Origin: a virus
Lineage: Duplodnaviria > Heunggongvirae > Uroviricota > Caudoviricetes
Direction: 5' to 3' (one strand)
DNA: 39,742 nt
Virus record (IMG/VR): IMGVR_UViG_3300048850_000064
Location: 1 to 39,742 of that record
A model generated the notes under the pieces. The model had not been told where the DNA came from. It made no database searches and worked only from the letters and a program-made list of their open reading frames with translations. Shown one piece after another: positions 1 to 10,500 of this stretch (position 1 is the first letter of the stretch; each line of letters begins with the position of its first letter). Made by a program: the position numbers and the translations under genes.

Positions 1-2
1 GG

Positions 3-2003
3 GCGGGCGGCACGGGTCCGGCAAGCTTCCAGTCCTTCGCCGGCGCCGGCTCTGTCATGGAAACGGCCGGCCGCTTCCAGGGCATGAATGAATCGACCGA
101 CCGCAACACGCTGTCGCAGTTCTTCAAGGAAGCCGGTCAGAACGTCGATCCGGAAATGACCGCCTGGTGCGCAGCCTTCGTCAATGCGGTGCTGGCGACC
201 AATGGCCTCAAGGGCACCGGCTCGCTATCGGCGCGCTCCTTCCTGAATTACGGCCAGGAAGCCGGCATGCCGACCCGCGGCGACATCGTCGTCCTGAAGC
301 GCGGCGATAATCCGACCAACGGCCATGTCGGCTTCCTCGACGGTTTCGACGAGAACGGCAATCCGCGCATCCTCGGCGGCAACCAGGGCGACGGCGTCAA
401 CGTCAAGACCTTCAACAAGGAAGACGTTCTGAGTTACCGGCGCATGGGCGGCGCAGACGCGGGCGCACCGGCCGCGCCGGCAATACCTTCTGTTGCTCCG
501 TCGGTCGAAGCAAATACTCGCCTCACCGAGATCCAGCGCGAGCGCAACAAGCTCGAAGAGGGCTACCTTGGTCAGCTCGACGACGAGATCGCCAAGTCCA
601 AGAAACTCGAAGGTGACGAGCAGGCGCTGAAGCGCAGCGAAGCCCTCAAGGCGCTGAAGGCGCAGGCCAAGGCCGCGTCCGAGGACGTCGATGGGCTGAA
701 TAAGAACATGCGAGCGCTGAAGGAAGCGGTCGGCAAAGGCGATCTCGGCACGAGCAAGGACATCAACGCGCCGGAATACAAGGAGCTCGTCAAGGCCGCC
801 CAGGAACTCGACCAGGTCGAACGACAGATGGCCGAGCGCAAGAAGGCGTCCGGCGAGATCGAGCGCTCCGAGGAGCGTTTTGCCCAGCGCCGCGTCGAAC
901 TGGCACGCCAGGCCGAGGAAGCGCACAAGCGCATGATGGATCCGCTCGAGCACCAGTCGACGCGCGGCTACCGGCAGCTTGAGCGCGAGCTCGACGAATA
1001 TGTCCGCTCGGTCGAGACCTATTACGCCAATGACAAGGCGAAGCAGGCCGAGGCCCTGCAGTTCAAGCAGGAAATGCTGCGCAACTTCCGCCAGACCGAA
1101 TCGGCCGAATATTTCGCCGACCTCGCCAAGCAGTCGCAGGACCGGCGCGTTTCGCTGATGAGCGAGAGCGAGCAGCGCCGCTTCCACATGAACGAGCAGA
1201 TCGAGGAGATCGACCGCTGGGTGCAGCGGGCGCGCGACGCCGGCATGAGCGAGGTCGACATCACCCGCCAGGCCGAGGAAGCCAAGGCCCAGATTCGCGC
1301 CCAGTATCAGCGCGAAATGAGCCCGATGACCGGCATGATGCAGGAATGGGGCGATCTGCAGGGCAACCTGGCGAAGGCTTCGGCCAACTGGATGAACGGA
1401 CTCGCCGACGGCCTGACGAACCTCATCATGGGCACCGGCGACCTGCGCTCGATGGTCAGTGGCATGCTCAAGGACATCCTGAACATGGGCATCAAATACA
1501 TGATGTCGCAGTTCATGGGCTCCAAAGGTCAGGCGCCGGCGTCCGGCGGCAAGGGCAAGGCTGGCAAGGCTCTGTCCTCGGCTGCCACCAAGGGTAAGGG
1601 CAAAGGCGTCTTTTCCGCGCATCACACGGGCGGCATTGTCGGCCGTCCGACCAGGCTGACGCGCGTCGTCGATCCGCGCGCCTTTATCGGTGCGCCGAAG
1701 TTCCACACGGGCGGCATTATCGGCGGGCCGCGACTGACGTCCGACGAGGTGCCGATCATCGCCAAGAAGGGCGAAGGCGTCTTCACGCCCGAACAGATGG
1801 AGCAGATGGGCGGCTTCAGCTCGACCAGCTTCCAGATCAACGCGCCGATCACCGTCAATGGCTCTTCCGGCACGCCCGAGCAGAACCAGGATCTCGCAAA
1901 GCGCATGGCGAAGGAAGTCGAGGGCACGATGCGCGGCATGGTCGCCAGCGAGATCCAGCGACAGATCCGGCCCGGCAACATGCTGAATTCGAGGAGAAGC
2001 TAA
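3..2003 (+). CDS. Tail tape measure protein, 5'-truncated by the window edge, with an internal TIGR02594-like Cys/His peptidase domain
   Basis: The frame is open from position 3. Long helical/coiled-coil body and C-terminal (H/F)HTGG..G...DEVPII.KKGEGV motifs typical of lambda-family TMP C-termini. Lies directly upstream of the gpM-like gene. WCAAFV...GHVGF...LGGNQ peptidase motif at about 57-440. Confidence 0.85.
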   Translation, partial: AGGTGPASFQSFAGAGSVMETAGRFQGMNESTDRNTLSQFFKEAGQNVDPEMTAWCAAFVNAVLATNGLKGTGSLSARSFLNYGQEAGMPTRGDIVVLKRGDNPTNGHVGFLDGFDENGNPRILGGNQGDGVNVKTFNKEDVLSYRRMGGADAGAPAAPAIPSVAPSVEANTRLTEIQRERNKLEEGYLGQLDDEIAKSKKLEGDEQALKRSEALKALKAQAKAASEDVDGLNKNMRALKEAVGKGDLGTSKDINAPEYKELVKAAQELDQVERQMAERKKASGEIERSEERFAQRRVELARQAEEAHKRMMDPLEHQSTRGYRQLERELDEYVRSVETYYANDKAKQAEALQFKQEMLRNFRQTESAEYFADLAKQSQDRRVSLMSESEQRRFHMNEQIEEIDRWVQRARDAGMSEVDITRQAEEAKAQIRAQYQREMSPMTGMMQEWGDLQGNLAKASANWMNGLADGLTNLIMGTGDLRSMVSGMLKDILNMGIKYMMSQFMGSKGQAPASGGKGKAGKALSSAATKGKGKGVFSAHHTGGIVGRPTRLTRVVDPRAFIGAPKFHTGGIIGGPRLTSDEVPIIAKKGEGVFTPEQMEQMGGFSSTSFQINAPITVNGSSGTPEQNQDLAKRMAKEVEGTMRGMVASEIQRQIRPGNMLNSRRS

Positions 2004-2354
2004 ATGGCGCTCGCAACCTTCAATCCTCCGGTGAAGCCGTCGCCAGGCACGGCTCACCAGCCGAAGGTCAATCTCTGGGAGGCCGAGTTCGGCGATGGCT
2101 ATTCGCAGCCGACGCCGAAGGGGCTCAACCACATCCGCAAGTCCGTCTCGCTGAAATGGGACGGGCTCAGCTACAGCCAGATGCGCGCCATCGTCGGCTT
2201 CTTCGAGGGCAAGCAGGGCTGCGTGCCGTTCAAGTATCAGCCCTATGGCGAGCCGGCCGTGCTGAAGTGGACCTGCAAGGACTGGTCCTATTCGGCCGAC
2301 GCGCCCTGGAAGGTCTCGGCGACGCTCGAGCAGTCCTTCACGCTCGAAACATAG
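2004..2354 (+). CDS. Minor tail protein, lambda gpM-like (distal tail)
   Basis: 116 aa with FGDGYSQ...GLN motif and F..QP.GE....W.C..W pattern. Position directly after the TMP. Confidence 0.85.
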   Translation: MALATFNPPVKPSPGTAHQPKVNLWEAEFGDGYSQPTPKGLNHIRKSVSLKWDGLSYSQMRAIVGFFEGKQGCVPFKYQPYGEPAVLKWTCKDWSYSADAPWKVSATLEQSFTLET

Positions 2355-2364
2355 CCGCAGCGGC

Positions 2365-2393
2365 TTGATAGTTAGTCATTAATGACTTACTCT
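2365..2393 (+). promoter_or_regulatory. Sigma70-type promoter with an operator filling the spacer
   Basis: TTGATA (2365-2370), 17 bp, TACTCT (2388-2393). Perfect 14-bp palindrome AGTCATTAATGACT at 2374-2387. Confidence 0.7.
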
Positions 2394-2416
2394 ATTGGTC
2401 CGAATAGAGGAAATTT

Positions 2417-3127
2417 ATGACGGCGATCCAGCAGGAAGCTCAGAAGCTTAGCCCTAGCGGCATCATCTCGTTGTTCACGCTCGACACCACGTCGATCGGT
2501 GGACCGATCATGCACTTCGTCATGGGCTCGCAGAGCGCTGCGCCGGTCAGTTTCGGCGGTGTCCAGTTCCAGCCGATGGATGTGACGTTCGAGGGCCTGG
2601 AGACCTCGGGGCAGGGCGCTCTGCCGACCCCGACGATCTCTGTCTCGAATGTCGACGGCATCATTCAGGCAGTCGTCAACACCTGGGGCGACCTGAATGG
2701 CTGCGTGCTGCACCGCATGCGCACCTATGTCCGCTTCCTCGACGGCCAGCCCGACGCCGATTCCACCGCCTTCTACGGCCCGGACACCTTCCGCATCGAG
2801 CGAAAGGCATCCGAGACATCGGCCTCGATCCAGTGGGAGCTCTCCGCGGCGATCGACCAGGAGGGCAAGCAGCTCCCCGGCCGCGTCGTCATCCGCGACA
2901 CCTGTCTCTGGCGCTACCGCGTCTGGAACGCCGTGACCGGCACCTACGACTATTCCAAGGCCCAGTGCCCCTACGAGGGCGCGCAGGCCTACGACATCAA
3001 CGACCTGCCCGTCTCCGACCCGAGCAAGGACTTTCCGTCGCGCCGCATCGGCTGCTGCCGGGCGCGCTTCGGCGAAGGCAAGCCCTGGCCGTTCGGCGGC
3101 TTCCCCGGCGTCGCAAGGAACATTTGA
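2417..3127 (+). CDS. Minor tail protein, lambda gpL-like
   Basis: QQEAQKLSPSGIISLF N-terminus, PTPTISVSN and RTYVRFLD motifs, C-terminal C.W.YR...C.Y...GC..RFG...PFGGFPG. Confidence 0.9.
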   Translation: MTAIQQEAQKLSPSGIISLFTLDTTSIGGPIMHFVMGSQSAAPVSFGGVQFQPMDVTFEGLETSGQGALPTPTISVSNVDGIIQAVVNTWGDLNGCVLHRMRTYVRFLDGQPDADSTAFYGPDTFRIERKASETSASIQWELSAAIDQEGKQLPGRVVIRDTCLWRYRVWNAVTGTYDYSKAQCPYEGAQAYDINDLPVSDPSKDFPSRRIGCCRARFGEGKPWPFGGFPGVARNI

Positions 3128-3924
3128 TGACCGATTTTACCAGCGCCTTCGAAGAAGCGAAGCGTCACGCCCGCGAGGAGTTCCCGAAGGAGTCCTGCGG
3201 GCTGATCGTCGCCGGCAACTATATCCGCTGCGAGAATGTCGCGGCCGATCCCGCACAGCATCGCGAGGGCGACGTCAATTGCGGTTGCCAGCTCTGCGCC
3301 TTCGAGATCTCCGGCAAGGTCTACAAGCAGCACCTGATCTCCGGCAACCTGCAGATGATCGTGCATTCGCATCCGAACGGGCCGCTGCATCCGTCGAAGA
3401 GCGACATGGAAACGCAGGAGGCGATGAACCTCGCCTGGGCGATCATCCCGCTCGACGAGGAGCGCATCGGCAATCCGCTCGTCTGGGGCGGCGCAACTCC
3501 GATCGCACCGGTCGTCGGGCGCGAATTCGTGCATGGCATTTCGGATTGTTATTCAGTCATTCGTGACTGTTTTCTGCTGGGCAAGGACAAGCTTCTCGAG
3601 CAGGGCGTCACCGAATGGCCCTTCGATCCGGTCGAGCTGCCGGTCTTCCCGCGCGACGATGCCTGGTGGGAAGGCGAGGCCGACCTCTACAATTCCGAAC
3701 CCTTCAAGATCGGCTTTATCGAGGTGCCGCGCGAACAGGCGCGGCCGGGCGATGTCTTCCTGCTGAAGATCCGCTCCGACAAGTTCAATCACGGCGGGCT
3801 GCTCGTCGGCAACAACCTGATCCTGCACCACCTGCCGAACCGGCTGTCCCGGCGCGAGCCTGCGGGTATCTGGGGTCGCCAGGCCGATCGCTGGCTGCGC
3901 TACGTCGGTAACGCCGATGCGTAA
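3127..3924 (+). CDS. Tail assembly protein, lambda gpK-like (JAB/MPN plus NlpC/P60)
   Basis: True start ATG 3127 overlaps the gpL stop (TGATG). ESCG...HSHP......S..D JAB motif, then DCYS..RD and H...HH NlpC/P60-like motif. Confidence 0.9.
   Translation: MTDFTSAFEEAKRHAREEFPKESCGLIVAGNYIRCENVAADPAQHREGDVNCGCQLCAFEISGKVYKQHLISGNLQMIVHSHPNGPLHPSKSDMETQEAMNLAWAIIPLDEERIGNPLVWGGATPIAPVVGREFVHGISDCYSVIRDCFLLGKDKLLEQGVTEWPFDPVELPVFPRDDAWWEGEADLYNSEPFKIGFIEVPREQARPGDVFLLKIRSDKFNHGGLLVGNNLILHHLPNRLSRREPAGIWGRQADRWLRYVGNADA
3554..3569. promoter_or_regulatory. Operator copy embedded in the gpK-like CDS
   Basis: CAGTCA-TTCG-TGACTG inside an AT-rich patch of codons (TGT TAT TCA GTC ATT CGT GAC TGT TTT) in an otherwise GC3-rich gene. 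Confidence 0.55.
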
Positions 3925-4525
3925 GATCCATCTGCACGGCGCGCTCGGCAAGAAATACGGCGCGGTCTTCGAGCTCGAGGTGATGACGGCCGGCGAGGCG
4001 GTGCGCGCACTCTCGGCCAACCTGCCCGGCTTCATGATGGATATCCGCGAAGGCGCCTGGCACGTCGTTCGCGGCGATGACGTCGACAATGGCTTCGACC
4101 TCGACGAGGACGACATTGCGAGCTTCAAGCTCGGCCGCGGCGATCTGCACATCGTCCCGCATGTCGCCGGCTCCAAGCGCGGCGGGCTCCTGAAAATCAT
4201 TCTCGGCGTGGCGCTGCTCGGCGCCGCCTTCGCCTTTTCGGGCGGTGCACTGGCGACCCCGATCATGGGCGGCGCTCTCGGCGGGGCGACCTACGGCAAC
4301 ATGGCGATGATCGGCGTGGCGCTCGCGCTTGCCGGTGTCTCCTCGATGCTCGCGCCCGAAGAGAAGGACGAGAGCAGCAAGAACGACAGCTCCTTCACGA
4401 TGAGCGGTCCCGGCAACTCCTACGAACAGGGATCTCCTATCCCCCTCGTCTACGGCGAGGTGATCACCGGTGGCGTGCTCGTCTCGGGCGGCATCGACGT
4501 CGAACAGATTGAGGTGGAAGACTGA
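3917..4525 (+). CDS. Tail assembly protein, lambda gpI-like
   Basis: I.LHG.LGKKYG...E..V.TAGEAVRAL N-terminus, IHIVP.VAGSKRGG, Gly/Ala hydrophobic stretch, G.PIPLVYGE..TGG C-terminus. Confidence 0.9.
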   Translation: MRKIHLHGALGKKYGAVFELEVMTAGEAVRALSANLPGFMMDIREGAWHVVRGDDVDNGFDLDEDDIASFKLGRGDLHIVPHVAGSKRGGLLKIILGVALLGAAFAFSGGALATPIMGGALGGATYGNMAMIGVALALAGVSSMLAPEEKDESSKNDSSFTMSGPGNSYEQGSPIPLVYGEVITGGVLVSGGIDVEQIEVED

Positions 4526-7500
4526 TGGGCATTCACGATCTCGATGCGATCCGCGGCGCAGGCGGCGGTGGTGGGAAGAAGGGCGGCGGAGGCTCCGGCT
4601 CGAACGCCCCGAACTCGCTGCGCTCGAAGGCGCGCGCCCGCATGGTCGAGGTCATCTCGGAAGGTCCGATCGTCGGCCTCGTCGATGGCGAGCGCTCGAT
4701 CTACTTCGACCAGACGGCCGTCAAGAACGCAGACGGCAGCTACAACTTCGACAACGTCATCTGGGAAGAGCACAAGGGCAATCCCGACGAGACGGCCTTC
4801 AAGGGCCAGTCGGCCGTCGAGACGTCCGTCCAGGTCGATGTTCCGGTCAAGAACGCGACCGGCCCGGTCCAGCGCACCATCGTCGATCAGAACGTCGATG
4901 CGCTGCGCGTCATCGTGCGCGTCGATTCCCTCTACAAGGTCGACAAGAAGTCCGGCCGGCTGAAGACCAACACGCTCGAATACAAGGTCGAGGTCCGCGG
5001 CAATGCCGGCACCTGGACGACGGCCGTCACCAACAAGCTCGAGGGCGAGAAGAACACCAGTCCGGTCCAGTTCGCCCACCGCGTCGTGCTGCCGGAGAAC
5101 GGCGCGCCTTGGGACATTCGCGTCACGAAGGTCTCCGAGGACAGCACCGACGACAACAACCAGAAGAATCTGACCTTCGAAGGCTATGTCGAGCTGGTCG
5201 AGGGCAAGTTCATCTATCCGCACTCGGCCGCGATCGCGATGGAAGTCAATGCCGAGGATATGGGTAACTCCATCCCGGCGCGCTCCTATCATGTCAAGGG
5301 CCTGAAGGTTCTCGTCCCGAACAATTACGATCCGGTCGCGCGCACCTATGACGGGATCTGGAACGGTGGCTTCAAGGTCGCCTGGACGAACAACCCGGCC
5401 TGGATCTTCTACGACCTGCTGATCAACGACCGCTACGGCCTCGGCGAATTCATCGACGCGGCGATCGTCGACAAGTGGTCGCTCTACACGATCGCCCAGT
5501 ATTGCGACCAGCTCGTCAAGTCCGGCTTCAAGAACGCCGATACCGGCGCCGACATCATGGAGCCGCGCTTCAGCTATAACGGCGTCATCAAGAGCCGCGA
5601 CGACGCCTATTTCGTGCTGCAGTCGATCACGACGGCCTGGCGCGGCATGGCCTACTGGTCGCTCGGCCAGGTCTTTGCTACCGCCGACATCCCGGCCGAC
5701 CCGATCAAGCTCGTGGCGCCGGCCAACGTCATCAATGGCGAGTTCAGCTATTCCTCGACGGCGCTGAAAGCCCGGCACTCGGTCATTCTCGTCAAGTGGA
5801 ACGATCCGAACGACTTCTATCGCCCGGCGACCGAGGTCGTCATCAACCAGGAAATGCTCGCCAAATACGGCTGGCGCGAGAAGTCGGTGACGCTCAACGG
5901 CTGCACCTCGCGCGGTCTTGCGCATCGCTACGGCAAGTGGATCCTCGATGTCGAGCAGCACGAGACCGAGACGGTCGAATACAGCGCGAGCTGGGATCAC
6001 GCCGAGGTCAAGCCCGGCGACATCATCGCCATTGCCGATCCGCGCAAGGCTGCCGTGCGCCTGGGCGGCCGCATCGTCTCGCATGTCGGCTCGCTGATCA
6101 CCCTCGACTACGATTTCGCTCCGACTTCCGGCGAGACCTATTCGCTGATGCTCACCATGCCGGACGGCTCGCTTGAGAAGCGGCCGATCACCGGCTTCCC
6201 GAGCGCGCGCCAGGTCCAGGCGTCGGGCTTTTCGAGCGTCGCCGCGGCAAACGCGATGTTCATGATCACCGGCTCGGACATCGTGCCGCGGCAGTATCGC
6301 GTTCTGGCGCTCGAGGAAGCAGAAGAGAACATCTTCAAGGTCACGGCGCTCTTTCACGATCCGCAGAAATATGCGCGCGTCGAGAAGGACGTCATCTTTG
6401 AGCCGCTGCCTTACAGCAAGCCGGCCCGCACCTCGAAACCGCCGACCAATCTCCATGTCAAGGAGACCGGCTATACGCTCAACGGCCAGACCTACACGCG
6501 CCTGACGATCTCCTGGTCGCCGCCCGTCGGCATCGTCTCGCGCGGCTTCATCGTCGCCGTCGACACGCCCTTTGACAGCAACGTGACGCTCGGCACGACG
6601 CCCTACAACTCGATCGAGATGGAGAGCGCCGGCCCCGGTTCCTACAAGTTCTACGTCCAGACGATCGACTTTACCGGCAGCATCTCCAAGCCGGCGACGC
6701 TCGTCTTTGAGGCCGAAGGTCCGGCGAAGTTCCCGATGGGCGTCGTCACCGACCTGACGCTACGCGACAAGCCGGGATCGACCCAGTTTACCGGCCGCGA
6801 CGTGCGCATCGTCTGGAAGAACAAGCTGCCGAGCTCGACGGATGCGACCGCCGAGGGTTATGCGGCGACCGACGAGAACTCGCCGCTCTACCAGCACAAC
6901 ACCGTGTCGGTCTATCGTGGCGACACGGGCGAGCTGCTGCGCACGACCAGGCTGAAGGGCAATTCCTTCACCTACGACTTCCTGTCGAACAAGAACGACA
7001 ATATTGCCGCAGGCTTTACGACTGCGCACCGAAGCCTGCGCTTCGTCGTCACAGTGACCGACATCTACGGCCGCGAGTCCGATCCTGTCGAGCTGACCGT
7101 CAGCAACCCGGTTCCCGCCGCCTTCAACCCGGTCGTCAACGTCAACGGCAAGACGCTTCATCTCACCTGGACGAAGCCGATCGACGAGGATCTTTCCGGC
7201 GTAATGGTGTGGGTCTCGACCGCGAGCGGCTTTGATCCCTACGCGACCACTCCCGTCTTCGATGGCGACGGCAGCTTCATGAGCTTCCCGGGCCAGGCCT
7301 CGACTACCTACTATGTCCGCACGGCCGCCTACGACTCATTCGGCAAGATCGGTCTGAATATCTCGCCCGAAATCCAGGTGAGCACGCTCGCCGATATCGA
7401 CTTCGAGGCACCGGCTGTGCCGACCGGGCTCGCATTCACCTTCACGCCGCTCGGTGACGGCCGCACGAAGGTCGTGGCGACCTGGAATGCGAACACTGAA

Positions 7501-10500
7501 ACCGATCTCGCCTATTACGACATTCAGTTGAAGGAAGGTTCAGGCAATTTCGTCGGTTTCCAGACTTCGACGACGACCTATGAATGGACCCTTCGCTCGG
7601 GCGTAGTTATTACCGGCAAGATCCGCGCCGTCGACCGACTCGGTAACGCATCGGCGTATACCGCCGACCTGTTGCGCGTTGTCACCGGCGATAACGTCCC
7701 GCCGGCTGTTCCGACCGATCTTGTAGCGAAGGGCACTTTCAACGCGGTCTGGCTGAATTGGACTGCGAATACCGAGGCAGACTTCGCGCGCTACGAGATT
7801 TACGAGGCCGCGACTGCCACTCCCGCGCCGACTGCTGCATCGGTAGCCTCGTTCGCATCCGCGTCCGTCACGCTTTACCGCGGCGATCTTCCGAGTGGAG
7901 GAACGCGCTACTACTGGATCCGCGCAGTCGACCTCTCCGGTAATAAGTCGGCATGGTCGGCCAGTGTCGTCGCGACGGTCCTGAGCGAAATCGACGTTAC
8001 GATCACGACGGAAGACCTTCAGGGGCTTGTTGACGCGACCAGCTTCGCCGCGTCCATTCGTCCGGTCGAAATACTGAGCACTCTTCCGACGACAGGTAAC
8101 GTCGAAGGACGCACCGTCTTCCTCACGACGAATAAGAAAACCTACACCTATCGCAACGGCGCCTTTGACGCCGGCGTCGACGCCTCCCAGATCGTCGGGC
8201 AGCTTGTCGCTGGGCAGATCGCCGCTGGAGCTATCGGCACGGAACAGCTCGCCGCGAAGGCTGTCACCGCGTCTAAGATGCTGATCGGGGATACCTCGAA
8301 CATCTACCCCGACCCGAATTTCGAGGATCCTGCGCTGATTTCGCTCGGCGCGAACATGGTTCTGGAGGCGAATAGCTTCTCTCCCGGGACCAAGCTCCTG
8401 ACCATCAATCCGACCGGCGGAACCGTCGAGAAGGCGGCTCTCGGCGCCCCGTTCCCGCTTGACCCGCTCAAGAGTTACTGGATCGGCGGGTATGTAGGGA
8501 ACGGCGGCACTACCCCGGCCGGGGCGACGCTTGATGTCGTATACTACTCCGACCTTGCTGGGTCGACGGAAATCAGCAGGGAGACGGTGTATACGACTAC
8601 GACCACGGGCGCGCGCACCGTTCTTAACGGGAAGCTCGTGACCGCGCCTGCCGGAACGAAGACGGCTAGGCTCCGGTTTATTCGGCCGGCACACGCCACT
8701 TCTGCCAGCAACGCCTACTTCTCTTTGCCGACCGTCCGCAGGGCTGCGTCCGGAGAGCTGATCGTCGATGGCGAGATTAAGGCTAACCACCTGTCTGCCG
8801 ATGAGTTGATCACGCTTTCCGCGCAGATCAAGGACGCGATCATCACCAATGCGAAGATCGTCGAGCTGTCGGCTGCGAAGCTTATGGCTGGCACGGCGCT
8901 GGCCGGCTCGATCACGGTATCCGGACGGTCGATCGGCAACCTGACCAACATCGACACCGTCGTCGACGACATATCCCAGAACTGGACTGTGCTCCAGAAC
9001 GGCTCTCCTGCGAGCCCGCTGAGCTACACCGTCAACCCGGCAAATATCGTTATGGGCTCAAGGTCCATTTACGTATCGCAGGGTGATGACATCTGGCTGG
9101 AGGGACCGGACCTAATCCCGTTCGATCCGTCCAAGCTCTACAAGATGACCTTCCGCGTCCGCCGATCTGGCGGCACTACGGCCAAGATGTATCTCGGTTT
9201 TTCCGGGTTTGCCGGCGATAAGACGACGCGCGTCAGCACTTCCGGCGCTAACTCTCACAATTCGGCGCACTACGTCGTCATGAACGCTGTTGATCAGGTG
9301 ACGGTTCCGACGACGTTTACCGAGTATTCGGCCTACGTTCGCGGACACGCTGCCACTGGTGGCACCGGGCTGGGAACGATCGCCAGCCCGAAAACCGCGC
9401 ACAGCAACGTCCGATACTTCCGACCACTGGCGATCTTCAACTATCAGGACCTCGTCGGCTGCGACATGGTGCTCGATAGTTTCAAGCTTGAAGTCGTCAG
9501 TGAGGATGCGGCCGGGGTCATCAATGCCGGCTCGACGCAGATCGATCCCGGCAAGGTTACTATCTCCGGCGGCACCACGCTTTGGAACTGGGTCAAGGGC
9601 GGCGACGAGACGCGCATCGACGGCGGCATGCTGTCGGCCAACACCGTCACGGCGAACAAGCTCGAAATCGGCTCGCGCAACATCACCCTCGAAGGCATCG
9701 TCTTCGAGCACAACAAGCCCGCGACCAACCAGGCGTCCTGGACCGCTGGCTCGGTGCGCTACATCAACGACGCCGGCGCAACCACGTCGAAGGCGATCAC
9801 TGCGGGTAACACGACGGCCTGGACCTCGGGCGTCATGTATATCTATTGGGTCAAGGACGCGACGACGTTCTCGGTGACGACCTCTGCAGCCACTGCCTTC
9901 GGTGCCAATAACGTCGTCATGGCGACCTATCGCGGTGGCGTCGACCTTGATCCTGATTACGGCCGGACGATCATCGATGGCTCGACGATCAAGACCGGCA
10001 CGGTAAAGGCTGCCCAGATCGGCGCCGACCAGATCAACGGCACGCATGTAGCGACGAATTCGCTCGATGCGACGCATATTAAGGCGGATGCGATCTCGGC
10101 TAAACATGTCGTGATCTCGGACACCTCGAATATGGTGCCTGATAATGGCCTGCAGGACGCTGGATCTTGGAGCCTCGGCGGCGCCGGCCCGCCGTTTATC
10201 GAGACGCATGCCACTCTTGGCAAGGTATTTCGCTTTGCTACCAATGCGACGCCCAGCTCGACATCCAGTTATATAGCTGGTGTCGTGTCCAAGCGGTTTC
10301 CGGTCATTCCGGGCGAGGCCCTTCATTACGGTGCCACGATCGACATGGATACGGCCGCCGATGTTCAGGTGATGCGCGTCTATTTGCGCTTCTTCCTTCA
10401 GGACGGAACTGAGAGTGGCACGGTCTCCGTTATCGCTCCGGCCAACCTGTCGGCGAATGTTGTAAAGGGCTTTGCTACCGTTCCTGCAAACGCCGTCGCG

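Noticed and set aside
2833-3126. N-terminal extension of the 2833-3924 ORF
   Set aside because: It overlaps the gpL-like gene out of frame and is Arg/Pro-rich junk. The coupled ATG at 3127 gives a normal gpK-like protein.
225-6456. Long minus-strand ORFs (225-2132, 4450-6456 and others) opposite the tail genes
   Set aside because: They are shadow frames produced by high GC3 on the plus strand. They have no RBS or domain motifs, and the plus-strand products are clearly recognisable.
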